A DNA stretch of 64,000 nucleotides from an uncultured Actinomycetes bacterium (lineage in GTDB: Bacteria > Actinomycetota > UBA4738 > JBBDHU01), in NCBI GenBank assembly GCA_964640385.1, contig CAZXFL010000002.1, positions 27,045-91,044 of the forward strand, in the 5' to 3' direction. The position numbers were made by a program, and so were the translations under genes. The notes under the pieces were generated by a model, which made no database searches, had not been told where the DNA came from, and saw only the letters and a list, made by a program, of their open reading frames with translations. This document shows, piece after piece, positions 1 to 9,226 of the stretch (its first letter is position 1; every line of letters begins with the position of its first letter).

Positions 1-1995
1 GCGGTCTTCCATGTTCTGCAATCCCGCACGATGGGGAACCGCGTCGGGGTCGAAGCCGGCCCCGTCATCGGCGATCGTGAACGTGACCTGCCCGTTCGGG
101 GCGGTGATCGTCATGAGGATGCCCGCTCCCGGAGCGTGCTTCGCCGCGTTCGCCATCGCCTCGACGCAGCAGAAGTAGACCGCCGCCTCGACCCCCGCGT
201 CGAAGCGGCCGATCTCGCCCGGGGTTTCGAGCGTTGCGCGGATCGCCGCCTTGTTGATGTGCGCGTTCAGAGCGGCCACTATCCCTTTGTCGGCGAGTAG
301 CGGCGGGAAGATGCCGCGAGCCAGGTCTCGGAGGGACTCGAGCGCGTCGTGGGTCTCGGTTCCGAGTTCGTCCAGCATGGCCGACGCCGCGTCCGGCTCG
401 CGCTCGACGGTCTCAGTGACGATCCGCAACTTGGCACCGATGCCGAGCAACTGCCGCTGGGTGCTGTCCTCGATATCTCGTTCGAGCTGGCGGAGCGCCG
501 CATCGCGCGCTGCCACGATGCGCTGCCGTGACCAACGGATCTCGGTCGCCTGCTCGGAGATCTGGTCGACGCGATCCTGGAGTTCCACGGCCAGCCGTGC
601 ATTGCGGAGCGCGAGCCCCGCCTGGCCCGCCAGATCGTCGAGCAGATGGTTCTCGGCGGGGGTCAGTGAGTCACCCGCCGACTTCGCGACCGAGAGTTCC
701 CCGACCGCCTCCTCGGCGTACGAGATCGGGATCGTGCGGGCGAAGGTCTCGGTTTCGGCGCCTTCCGGCCAGGTGACGACGCGCTCCCCTCCCGCGGGCA
801 GGATCAGACGAACCTGGCCGGCGACGCCGCCCACGCCGGTTGCCACCGCCATAGCCATCTGTGGGAGCACCTGATCGTCTGACAGTGTGCCGGCGACCCG
901 GCGCGAGAAGTCGGCCATGACTTCGTAGGGAGAGGCTCGGTTCCCGTACACGAGCCGGTTCGCGAAACGCTGAACCCGTTCCCGGACCGGCTCGAAGGCG
1001 ACGGCGACCACCGCGGTCGCGGCGATCGAGAGAGCGACGTTCGGCCGGCCACCAGCCCCGACGAGACGGCCGATGCCCACCACGATACCGACGTAGACGC
1101 CCGTGATGAAGACGGCCAATGCCCCGAACACGACCGTCCTGTTGATCACGACATCGATGTCGTACAGACGGTAGCGAAGGATCGCCACCGCGGTCGCCGC
1201 CGGCACGCCGCAGAACGCGACGATGACCAAGAGCGAAACGAAGCCGTAGAAGGCTTTGTTCGAATTGAGGGCCGCGAAGCTGATCATGAGGGCGACCCCC
1301 GCCAGGCACGCTGAGAACGCGAACCACTTGAGCTGCTGTCGTTGCTCGCCTTCCGCGCGACGGAATCGGGCGACGAGAGAAGCGGCGGCGGCGATTATCC
1401 CGGCCCCGAAGAGGCTGAGACCGATCTGATTTCCGAGCAGTGCGGCCATGCCCCGCGTCCCGGGGATGCCGAAGGGGTTCTGGATGATGGAGAAGTTTTC
1501 GACCGGGCCCGCGCCGAAGGCGAACCCGAAGGCGGCGAGGAGGACGCCGGTGACTCCGACCGCCGCTGCGAGCCACCACCGGCGCGAGGGCGGGCGCCCG
1601 TCGGGGAAGAGGAGGAACACGAACATGATGCCGCTGACGACGGGGACCCATATCCACGAGGTAACCCATGCCGCGAGGGAGCCGAGAGGAGGACCGCCGT
1701 CTCGAACGATCACGGCGTAGAGGGCGTACTGCGCGCACAGCTCCTGAAACCCGCCCCCCACGCCGACGGCACACAGGATCCATCCGATGGGGTTCTCGGG
1801 CCGGCGCGAGGCGATCAGTGCCCCTAGGGTCCCGAAGCTGAGTGCGAATAGGATCGAGAAGCCTCGGAATCCGAAGGTACCGGGCGGTTGCGGGGCGGAA
1901 CGTCCGAGCACCAAGAAGAGGGCCGCCGCAGCCGAGAACATGAGGGCGATCGCCAGGACTGACCATGCGAGGCGGCTCGCGTTCCGCGGCGTCAT
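1..1995 (-). CDS. Sensor histidine kinase paralogue C (multi-pass membrane + GAF-like + HisKA_3 + HATPase_c). The 3' end runs off the window. The phospho-acceptor His is replaced by Glu.
   Basis: Absent from the ORF track because there is no stop inside the window. My minus-strand translation from ATG 1995..1993 gives MTPRNASRLAWSVLAIAL..., then ...YRLYDIDVVINRTVVFG..., LERDIEDSTQRQLLGIG, AVYFCCVEAMANAAKHA, FTIADDGAGFDP and GLQNMEDR. This is colinear with the two kinases upstream. The start overlaps the stop of the upstream kinase (ATGA). Confidence 0.8.
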   Translation of the reverse strand, partial: MTPRNASRLAWSVLAIALMFSAAAALFLVLGRSAPQPPGTFGFRGFSILFALSFGTLGALIASRRPENPIGWILCAVGVGGGFQELCAQYALYAVIVRDGGPPLGSLAAWVTSWIWVPVVSGIMFVFLLFPDGRPPSRRWWLAAAVGVTGVLLAAFGFAFGAGPVENFSIIQNPFGIPGTRGMAALLGNQIGLSLFGAGIIAAAASLVARFRRAEGEQRQQLKWFAFSACLAGVALMISFAALNSNKAFYGFVSLLVIVAFCGVPAATAVAILRYRLYDIDVVINRTVVFGALAVFITGVYVGIVVGIGRLVGAGGRPNVALSIAATAVVAVAFEPVRERVQRFANRLVYGNRASPYEVMADFSRRVAGTLSDDQVLPQMAMAVATGVGGVAGQVRLILPAGGERVVTWPEGAETETFARTIPISYAEEAVGELSVAKSAGDSLTPAENHLLDDLAGQAGLALRNARLAVELQDRVDQISEQATEIRWSRQRIVAARDAALRQLERDIEDSTQRQLLGIGAKLRIVTETVEREPDAASAMLDELGTETHDALESLRDLARGIFPPLLADKGIVAALNAHINKAAIRATLETPGEIGRFDAGVEAAVYFCCVEAMANAAKHAPGAGILMTITAPNGQVTFTIADDGAGFDPDAVPHRAGLQNMEDR

Positions 1996-4073
1996 CGATC
2001 GGCCTCCTGCCCGATCGTCGGGATCCGGCCGGTGACGGTCGTCCCCTCGCCCGGGGTGCTGGAGATCGCGAACGAGCCCCCCAGCGCGTCGATGCGGTCA
2101 GCCATGTTGGTCGTCCCCGCGCCTCGGGCGGTCGTGGACGGATCGAATCCCCGGCCGTCATCCGACACCACGAACGTGAGCTCGCCGTCGCGAACGGCGA
2201 GCTCGATCACGGCGCGGTCAGCGTTCGCGTACTTCGCGATGTTCTGGAGGGCCTCCAGGCAGCAGAAGTACACGGCGGACTCCGCTTCTTGCGGATAGCG
2301 TCCGATGCCGTTGCCATCGACCGTCACGGCGACCGACGCCTTCCGCGCTTGGGACTCCAAGGCCGCCAGGAGCCCCTGGTCCGCAAGGACGGGCGGGTAG
2401 ATCCCACGGGCCAGGTCGCGCAGGGTCTCCAGCGCCTCACGGGTCTCTTCCTGCGCCTGCCCAAGCATCTCTCTCGCCGTACCGATGTCCTTGTCGATCA
2501 TGGTCTCGGTGATGCGCAGCTTCACCGAGAGGGCGACGAGCTGCTGCTGGGCCCCGTCGTGCAGGTCGCGCTCGATCTTGCGGCGCTCCCCGTCCTGCGC
2601 GGTGACGAGGCGCTGTCGCGAGGCCCGGAGGTCGTCGAGCCGGGCCAGGAGCTGCTCGGTGAGTGCCACGTTCCGCAGCACGAGCCCGGCCTGCGACGCC
2701 AGATCCTCGATCAGCGTCGCCTCGGTCGATGTGAGCCCCTCGGTCGCCGGCTTCTCGACCGAGAGCGCACCGAGGAGTTCCCCCTGGTGTCGGACGGGGA
2801 TCATGGCCGGCAGCATGGGGTCAACCGGCACCGGTTCGAGGGCCGGCGCATCCGCGGGCCAGGTGGACCCGGCCGACAGGGAACTGCCCGAGACCAGCCA
2901 TACGTCTGCCCGGACCGCGCCCGTGCCCTCCGCGAGGATCCGGGCCATCCGCGGCAAGATGTCCTCGCTCGCGTAGGTTCCGCCGATCTGTTCGGAGAAT
3001 TCCGAGAGCACCTCGTAGGGCGTTGCGCGCTTCCCGTAGACGAACCGGTTCGCGATGTGCTGAGCCCTTCGACGGACCGGCTGGAAGGCGAGCGCGACCA
3101 CAGCGGCGGCGATCGCCGACAGGAACGTGTTGCTCGCGGATCCGGCCACCGCGCCCACGCCGGCGACGATCAGGACGTAGATGAGCGTGATGAACCCCGC
3201 CATCATCCCGTAGACGACCGTCTTGCTGATGACGACGTCGATGTCGTACAGGCGATATTTCAAGAGCGCGATCGTCACGGAGGCTGGGATGCCGATCGCG
3301 ATCAGCAGCACGAAGGCCATCCAGAGGACGTCGCCTACGCTGCCCATCCATCCTGGCAGGTCTTCTCCGAAGACCCGGCTGAGGACGAACAGCAGGAAGA
3401 ATGCGGTCCCGGCGAGGAAGACCACATACACGAACCACCGGAGTTGCTGGCGCTCCTCTCCTCGCGCCTTCCGGTAGCGAACAATGACCGAGGCGATCGA
3501 CGCGAAGCCGACGAAGAAAGCGGCGGCGGCGCCCGCCTTCACCAGGAAGGAAAGTATCCCTTCGAGCGCGGGGATACCCAGAGGATTCTGAACGGTGACG
3601 CGTTCGCTCACGTTCAGCTCGCCGGGGCGAAACATCAGGCCGATCAGCATTGCCACCGTGGCGATGGCGAGCGCCCACAGGAGCGGCCGCCACCGGCGGG
3701 AGAGGGGTCGGCCGGTCGGGAACAGCAGGAGGATCAGCGGGAGCGCGACGCCCGTCATGACGAGTGACCAGCTGGAAACCCAGGCTGCCCACACGAGCAC
3801 GAGCGATCCGAGCTCCGCGCTCTGCACGTACTCATCGGCGATGGAGCTGAGGACGAACGCTGCGGCTAGCGAGATGAAGATCCACCCGATGACGTTCCCG
3901 GCGCGCAGAGCGATGACGAGGCCGATGGTCGCGAACGTCAGCGTCGTGCCCGCGAAGATGAGCAGGTCGGGGCTGGGATCGTGGGTTGCCCCGACGACGA
4001 GTCCGGCGACGGTGCCGAGCGCGACGAGTGTCCAGAGAGACCACGCGACCCGTGCAACGGTCTTCCGCCTCAT
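1992..4073 (-). CDS. Sensor histidine kinase paralogue B (about 10 TM + GAF-like + HisKA_3 + HATPase_c)
   Basis: 693-aa ORF with multiple hydrophobic segments. H-box ERDLHDGAQQQLVAL, N-box YFCCLEALQNIAKYA, G-boxes SDDGRGFD and GGSFAISSTPGEGTTV. Confidence 0.9.
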   Translation of the reverse strand: MRRKTVARVAWSLWTLVALGTVAGLVVGATHDPSPDLLIFAGTTLTFATIGLVIALRAGNVIGWIFISLAAAFVLSSIADEYVQSAELGSLVLVWAAWVSSWSLVMTGVALPLILLLFPTGRPLSRRWRPLLWALAIATVAMLIGLMFRPGELNVSERVTVQNPLGIPALEGILSFLVKAGAAAAFFVGFASIASVIVRYRKARGEERQQLRWFVYVVFLAGTAFFLLFVLSRVFGEDLPGWMGSVGDVLWMAFVLLIAIGIPASVTIALLKYRLYDIDVVISKTVVYGMMAGFITLIYVLIVAGVGAVAGSASNTFLSAIAAAVVALAFQPVRRRAQHIANRFVYGKRATPYEVLSEFSEQIGGTYASEDILPRMARILAEGTGAVRADVWLVSGSSLSAGSTWPADAPALEPVPVDPMLPAMIPVRHQGELLGALSVEKPATEGLTSTEATLIEDLASQAGLVLRNVALTEQLLARLDDLRASRQRLVTAQDGERRKIERDLHDGAQQQLVALSVKLRITETMIDKDIGTAREMLGQAQEETREALETLRDLARGIYPPVLADQGLLAALESQARKASVAVTVDGNGIGRYPQEAESAVYFCCLEALQNIAKYANADRAVIELAVRDGELTFVVSDDGRGFDPSTTARGAGTTNMADRIDALGGSFAISSTPGEGTTVTGRIPTIGQEADR

Positions 4074-4255
4074 CGCGGATCCTCAACGGGTCCCACGGGG
4101 ACCCTCCCCGAGACGGTCGTGCCCCGCCCCGGTTCCGAGGTCACTTCGACACCTCCACCGAGCACCTCCAGGCGGTCCGACATGTTCTGCAGGCCGGCAC
4201 CCCGGGGCTGGGTGGAGTCGGACCACGCGAGGATCCGGCCGGTGCGTGGCTTCAT
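4070..4255 (-). pseudogene. Relic of a fourth histidine kinase: N-terminal about 12 aa fused in frame to the C-terminal about 48 aa of the HATPase_c domain
   Basis: 61-aa ORF MKPRTGRILAWS|DSTQPRGAGLQNMSDRLEVLGGGVEVTSEPGRGTTVSGRVPV. The head resembles MRRKTVARVAWS (kinase B). The tail aligns to GAGTTNMADRIDALGGSFAISSTPGEGTTVTGRIP. ATGA overlaps at both ends. Confidence 0.6.
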
Positions 4256-6453
4256 CCGACGGTCTCCATCGCGTGCGACGGGATGCTCCCGCGGATGGTC
4301 GTCCCTCGGCCGGGCGCCGATACGATCTCGACGGATCCGCCGAGTGCCTCTGCCCGGTCGCGCATGTTGATCAACCCGGATCCGGCCGGGGTTGCGTCGG
4401 TATCGAATCCGACTCCTTCATCGGTGACCTCGAAGGAGAGTTGACCGGCGTCGCCTGAGAGAGCGATCTTCACCCCATGGGTCTCGGCGTACTTGGTGGC
4501 GTTCTGCACGGCCTCGAGGCAGCAGAAGTAGGTGGCCGCCTCGACGTCGATCGGGAACCGCGCGAGTCCGGGGGCGTGGATGCGGATGTCGAGTGCGCTG
4601 CGGCGGGTCTGGGTCTCGAGCGCCTCGACGAGCCCGCGTTGCTCCAGGAGAGGTGGGTAGACGCCGCGGGCCAGGTCGCGAAGCGTTTCGAGCGCCTCGG
4701 CGGCTTCGCCCTGGAGTTCTTCCAGTACCGAGCGGGCCTTCGCCGGATCGGCGGCCGCGATCGTCTTCGCGAGACGCAGCTTCACCGCCAGGGCCACCAG
4801 ATGCTGTTGCGCTCCGTCGTGGATGTTGCGCTCCAGACGACGCCGCTCGGAGTCCTGTGCGGCGATGATCCGCTGGCGGGACGAGCGCAGCTCCTCGGAC
4901 TGGCGCGAGATCTCGTCCAGGCGTGTCTCCAGTTCGGCGGTCAAACCGAAGTTCCGGAGGACGAGGCCTGCTTGCGAGGAGAGGTCCTCCACGAGCTTGC
5001 GTTCCGCTGGGGTGACCGGCTCGCTCGAGGACTTCGTGAGCGTGAGGGCACCGAGAAGCTCGTCGTGCAGGGTGACGGGCACGGCGAGCGTGACCGCACC
5101 GAGTGGAGGCAGCCCTTCGTCGGATAGCTCGACGCTGTCTGGCCCGCTCACGGCCGCGTCGCGCGGCCAGCTCGCGACACGCGAGAGCCGCGATCCACTC
5201 CGCAGCCATACCTCTGTCCGATCCGCTCCCGTGCCTGCGGCCAAAACCTGCGCGGTGAGCGGTAGGGCCTCCTCGGTGGCAACGGTGCCTGCGATGTGGT
5301 CGGCGATCCCCGCGAGCACTTCGTAGGGAGTTGCCCGCTTCCCGTAGACCAGGCGGTTCGCGAACCGTCGCGCGCGGTCCCGGACCGGTTGGAACGCCGC
5401 CGCAACCACCGCGGTTGCCGCCACCGACAGGAGCAGGCTGGGTTCGTCGCCGCGACCGACCAGCGTCCCGACCCCGACGACGATTCCGACGTACACGATC
5501 GTGATGAAGGCGGCGAGTGCCCCGAAGACCACGGCGCGGCGGATCACGAGGTCGACGCCGTAGAGTCGATATTTCATGATCGCGGCCCCGCACGCCAAGG
5601 GGATCCCGAAACCGATCGTGAGCGCGAATCCGATGAAGCCGAGGAAGGAGAGGCCGACGAGCAACGTGGCCTCCTCGGAGGTAAAAGACACCAGTTGGGT
5701 GCCTACGGTGAGTGCGAAGAAGAAGAGCGCGAGGACCGCGACCATGACGAGCCACCGGAGCTGCTGGCGTTCCTCGCCGCGTGCGCGCCGGAAGCGGCCG
5801 ATCAAGGCGAACGCGGTGGAAAGAGAGGCCACGATGAAGATGAGGTTCCCGATCAGGATGATGGTGCCCGCGCGCGCACCGAAGGCTTCGATCCCCAGGG
5901 GGTTCTGTAGTTGGAGTCCGAACTCCCGGAAATTGTTGAGCGTTTCGGGCTTCAGGCCGAGGCCGATCCCGGCGATGAGCAGTCCGGCCGCGATCGCCCA
6001 CCCCGCCATGCGCCAACGGGGCGAGGGCGCGTGGCCATCGGGGAAGATCAGGAACAGGAGGGCAAGCGGACCGACCGTCGGGATCAGCCCCAGCTCGCCG
6101 ACGATCGCCGTCGCCCCGGTTGCCGGCATGCTCGGCTGCACGATGATCCCGAAGATCGTGTACGCCTGGGCGAACGACGTGACGATGAGACCGAGCCCGA
6201 CCGCGGTGAACAGCCAGCCCACGTTGTTCCCGCGTTGGGCGGCGATGATCATGGTCCCTACCCAGAGCCACAGCAAGGCGATCGTGGCCACGATGAACGC
6301 TGCGGCGCTGAGGCCCGCCCTGGGAGCGTCGGTTGCCGACGCGGCGGCGAGCGCGAGGGTGACCGCGGTCAGTCCGACCCCGAGGACGCGCATGGCGCGC
6401 GCCGTCCGTCGATACCGACGGGCGTCGCCGACCGGACCTGCTCGCTCGTCCAT
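4252..6453 (-). CDS. Sensor histidine kinase paralogue A (multi-pass membrane + GAF-like + HisKA_3 + HATPase_c)
   Basis: 733-aa ORF. H-box ERNIHDGAQQHLVAL, N-box YFCCLEAVQNATKYA, TDEGVGFD and GGSVEIVSAPGRGTTI. Start could alternatively be the internal Met at 6393. Confidence 0.9.
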   Translation of the reverse strand: MDERAGPVGDARRYRRTARAMRVLGVGLTAVTLALAAASATDAPRAGLSAAAFIVATIALLWLWVGTMIIAAQRGNNVGWLFTAVGLGLIVTSFAQAYTIFGIIVQPSMPATGATAIVGELGLIPTVGPLALLFLIFPDGHAPSPRWRMAGWAIAAGLLIAGIGLGLKPETLNNFREFGLQLQNPLGIEAFGARAGTIILIGNLIFIVASLSTAFALIGRFRRARGEERQQLRWLVMVAVLALFFFALTVGTQLVSFTSEEATLLVGLSFLGFIGFALTIGFGIPLACGAAIMKYRLYGVDLVIRRAVVFGALAAFITIVYVGIVVGVGTLVGRGDEPSLLLSVAATAVVAAAFQPVRDRARRFANRLVYGKRATPYEVLAGIADHIAGTVATEEALPLTAQVLAAGTGADRTEVWLRSGSRLSRVASWPRDAAVSGPDSVELSDEGLPPLGAVTLAVPVTLHDELLGALTLTKSSSEPVTPAERKLVEDLSSQAGLVLRNFGLTAELETRLDEISRQSEELRSSRQRIIAAQDSERRRLERNIHDGAQQHLVALAVKLRLAKTIAAADPAKARSVLEELQGEAAEALETLRDLARGVYPPLLEQRGLVEALETQTRRSALDIRIHAPGLARFPIDVEAATYFCCLEAVQNATKYAETHGVKIALSGDAGQLSFEVTDEGVGFDTDATPAGSGLINMRDRAEALGGSVEIVSAPGRGTTIRGSIPSHAMETVG

Positions 6454-6630
6454 GCCGGCAATCGTCCCACCCCGGGGAACCCCCTCAAAGGAGGCTTCCG
6501 CGAGAGCTGTGGCGTGGTTGCGCGCCGGCGGCGGGGTACCTGCACCCTGCGAAGGAGTGGTGCGTGCCTGGCTGCGGCCGCAGGTCCGGCCGTGCGAGGA
6601 TGCGCCGAGACCTCAGGAAGGAGCCAGATC

Positions 6631-7635
6631 ATGACTGCCGATCGCATCGAAGCTGCGACCACGTCGATGTCGTGGATCCCGATGGGGGCACCGACCGGGG
6701 CACTGAAGGTGCCGTTCGAGGTGGGGATCGCGCACTACGATGAGCCGCCGCCGGATCCGCTGGCCGACGAGGAGATGATCGTGGGCCTGCGGAACGCCGA
6801 CCGGTTCCGGTTCTGCAACCGGCTGCGCGCCTTCATCGAGGTCCAGGACGGACGGATCACGGGGTACGGGTCGACGGGCGAAGGCATGATCGGTTCGACC
6901 ACCCTGCGGTTTGCCGGCAGGGGTGTGACCTTCCAAGCCGTCGCGTACCCGGATCTGCAACCCGAGCCCGAGGTCGGGGAGAACTTCGTCCGCTTCGTGC
7001 AAACGGCCGGCGGCCGGACCGGCGTTCCGGCACCTCGGACGGTGAAGCACCCCCCGTTCGTGCAGATCGCCGCGCCGACCGCCTGGACGACTCTGGCGCT
7101 CACGATCTTCACGGATGGGACCTCCCAGCACGAACTCGTCGGTGCCAGCCCATTCCCGCGCCACTGGGTCTACGACCGCGACGGCAAGCTCGCGGAGAAG
7201 ACGGCGACGATCGACTTCAAGAAGTGGACGGGCACGATGTTCGGCAAGCACTCCCCTTGGGGCGACGAGGACTCGCCGGCGATCACCACTGCGGTGGAGA
7301 CGGCCGCCGAACACGAGTTGTCGAAGGTCATCATCGACGCGAAGCCGGAGTTCAGGAAGGTCAAGGAGGGTGCCGCGCTCGTCGAGCAGGGCGACGCGGG
7401 CGACGAAGTGTTCCTGCTTTTCGACGGGGTGCTCTCGGTCGAGATCGACGGGGAGCCGGTCACCGAGTTCGGACCCGGCGCGATCCTCGGTGAGATGGCG
7501 ATCGTCGGCGAGGGCACTCGGGTCGCCACGCTGCGCGCGCGGACCGACTGCCGGGTAGCGGCGGTTCCCGGCCACAGCATCGATCGCGCGGAGCTGGAGG
7601 AGATCGCCAAGCGCCGTCAGGACGGCGAGGGGTAG
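6631..7635 (+). CDS. Cyclic-nucleotide-binding protein with an unassigned about 210-aa N-terminal domain
   Basis: ATG 6631 is preceded by AGGAAGGAG (6615-6623). The C-terminal about 110 aa has CNB features: FRKVKEGAALVEQGDAGDEVFLLFDGVLSV...FGPGAILGEMAIVGEGTRVATLRA. The upstream part of track ORF 5911..7635 is antisense to kinase A and was discarded. Confidence 0.8.
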   Translation: MTADRIEAATTSMSWIPMGAPTGALKVPFEVGIAHYDEPPPDPLADEEMIVGLRNADRFRFCNRLRAFIEVQDGRITGYGSTGEGMIGSTTLRFAGRGVTFQAVAYPDLQPEPEVGENFVRFVQTAGGRTGVPAPRTVKHPPFVQIAAPTAWTTLALTIFTDGTSQHELVGASPFPRHWVYDRDGKLAEKTATIDFKKWTGTMFGKHSPWGDEDSPAITTAVETAAEHELSKVIIDAKPEFRKVKEGAALVEQGDAGDEVFLLFDGVLSVEIDGEPVTEFGPGAILGEMAIVGEGTRVATLRARTDCRVAAVPGHSIDRAELEEIAKRRQDGEG

Positions 7636-7643
7636 CGGGTAGG

Positions 7644-9224
7644 GTGCCGGGTGTGGAGACCTTCGACGCCGTCGTCATCGGCAGCGGACCGAACGGGCTG
7701 ACCGCCGCCGCATACCTCGCGCGCGAAGGCTGGAGCGTCGCGGTCCTGGAGCAGGCCGGCGTCGCGGGTGGTGCGATCCGCAGCGAGGAGCTCACCGAAC
7801 CCGGCTTCGTCCACGACACTTTCTCGGCGTTCAACGGCCTGCTGCATGCGTCGCCGGTCTTCACCGAACTCGAGCTGGATCGCCGGGTGACGTGGGCGCA
7901 CTTCGAGACCCCGGTCTCGGTCCTCGTCGGTCCTCACGACGGGGCCTTCATCTCGCGCGACGCCGACGTTACCGCCCGAGGGCTGGAGAAGATCCACCCT
8001 GCAGATGGACGGGCCTGGCTCGAGCTATGGGGATGGTGGAAGCGGAGCGGCCGCCGGCTCTTCGACGTGCTGCTCTCGCCGATCCCGTCGCCGCGTCCCG
8101 CCTGGCGGTTGTTGCGCGCAGCGGGGATGAGCGGGCTGTTCGAGACGGCGAAGATGCAGGCCGAACCGGGGGAGCAGATCGCCTTGCAGCGCTTCGGGTC
8201 CTCGGAGGCGCGCGCGTTGCTTGCCTGCGGCGTGTCTCATGGGGACCTGGCGGTCGATGAGATGGGGAGCGCGCCCGGGATGCTCGTCTTGGCCATGCTG
8301 GCACAGGACACGGGCATGCCGGTGCCGGTCGGAGGCGCCGGTCGGCTCGCCGAGGGGTTCGCCGGAGCCGTTACCGAGGCGGGCGGGTCCGTGTTCACCG
8401 GCGAGCAGGTTCGCCGCATCCGCATGGAACGTGGGCGCGCGGTCGGGGTCGAGACCGTCGGAGGCGCGCGCTTCCGCGCGCGCCGCGCGCTGCTCGCGGA
8501 CACGGGTCCAGGCGCGATGGTGAGACTGGCCGGCGAGGAGGCGTTCCCCAAGTCCTATCTCGACGGGGTACGCCGCTTCCGGTACGGCAGCGGGGTCTTC
8601 AAGATCGACTTGGCGCTTTCGGGTGTGGCGCCGTGGGCGGCCGAAGAGATGCGGGAGGTCGGCGTCGTGCATGTGACCGGGGACCTGGACGCGATGGCGC
8701 GATCGGCGTTCGAGATCCGTCGCAGCCTGCTCCCGCGGGAACCGTTGCTGGTCGTCGGACAGCAGAGCCTCGCGGACCCGACGCGCGCGCCCGACGGCGG
8801 CCAGACCCTGTGGATCGAATGCCACGTCCCGTCCGTCCCGCTTGGGGACGCGGCCTCACAGATCGACGCTGGCGACTGGAACGCCGCGCGCGAGCCATTC
8901 CTCGAGCGATGCCTTGCCCGGCTGGAGGCGCATGCGCCGGGCCTGCGAGGGATGATCATCGGCGTGTCTACCCATACACCGGACGATCTGGAGCACGAGG
9001 ATCCCAACCTCGTTGGCGGGGACATCGGCGGCGGGTCGAGTGCGATCGACCAGCAGCTCATCTTCCGGCCCGTCACCGGGTGGTTCCGCTACCGGACACC
9101 GGTGAAGGGTCTGTACCTATGTTCGGCGTCCGCGCACCCGGGCGGTGGGGTCCACGGCATGGTCGGACGGAACGCCGCCCGGCGCGTCTTGCGTGACGCG
9201 AAGTTCATCGGGAAGGGTGGCTGA
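7644..9224 (+). CDS. NAD(P)/FAD-dependent oxidoreductase, phytoene-desaturase (CrtI-like) family
   Basis: N-terminal dinucleotide fold DAVVIGSGPNGLTAAAYLAREGWSVAVLEQ. 526 aa. Starts 8 nt after the preceding gene. Confidence 0.85.
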   Translation: MPGVETFDAVVIGSGPNGLTAAAYLAREGWSVAVLEQAGVAGGAIRSEELTEPGFVHDTFSAFNGLLHASPVFTELELDRRVTWAHFETPVSVLVGPHDGAFISRDADVTARGLEKIHPADGRAWLELWGWWKRSGRRLFDVLLSPIPSPRPAWRLLRAAGMSGLFETAKMQAEPGEQIALQRFGSSEARALLACGVSHGDLAVDEMGSAPGMLVLAMLAQDTGMPVPVGGAGRLAEGFAGAVTEAGGSVFTGEQVRRIRMERGRAVGVETVGGARFRARRALLADTGPGAMVRLAGEEAFPKSYLDGVRRFRYGSGVFKIDLALSGVAPWAAEEMREVGVVHVTGDLDAMARSAFEIRRSLLPREPLLVVGQQSLADPTRAPDGGQTLWIECHVPSVPLGDAASQIDAGDWNAAREPFLERCLARLEAHAPGLRGMIIGVSTHTPDDLEHEDPNLVGGDIGGGSSAIDQQLIFRPVTGWFRYRTPVKGLYLCSASAHPGGGVHGMVGRNAARRVLRDAKFIGKGG

Positions 9225-9226
9225 TG

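Noticed and set aside
671-2161. 496-aa minus-strand ORF, plus similar long Arg/Pro/Gly-rich ORFs: 1965..3767(+), 2821..3792(-), 4418..6271(-), 5576..6634(+), 8025..8825(-), 22503..23930(-), 38223..39407(+), 48472..50088(-), 51813..54344(-), 56314..57660(-), 60942..62135(-), 16008..16913(-) and 19639..20190(-).
   Set aside because: These are out-of-frame or antisense shadows of clearly recognisable genes, typical of roughly 70% GC DNA. Their composition is dominated by Arg, Pro and Gly, they carry no motifs, and each overlaps a better-supported CDS.
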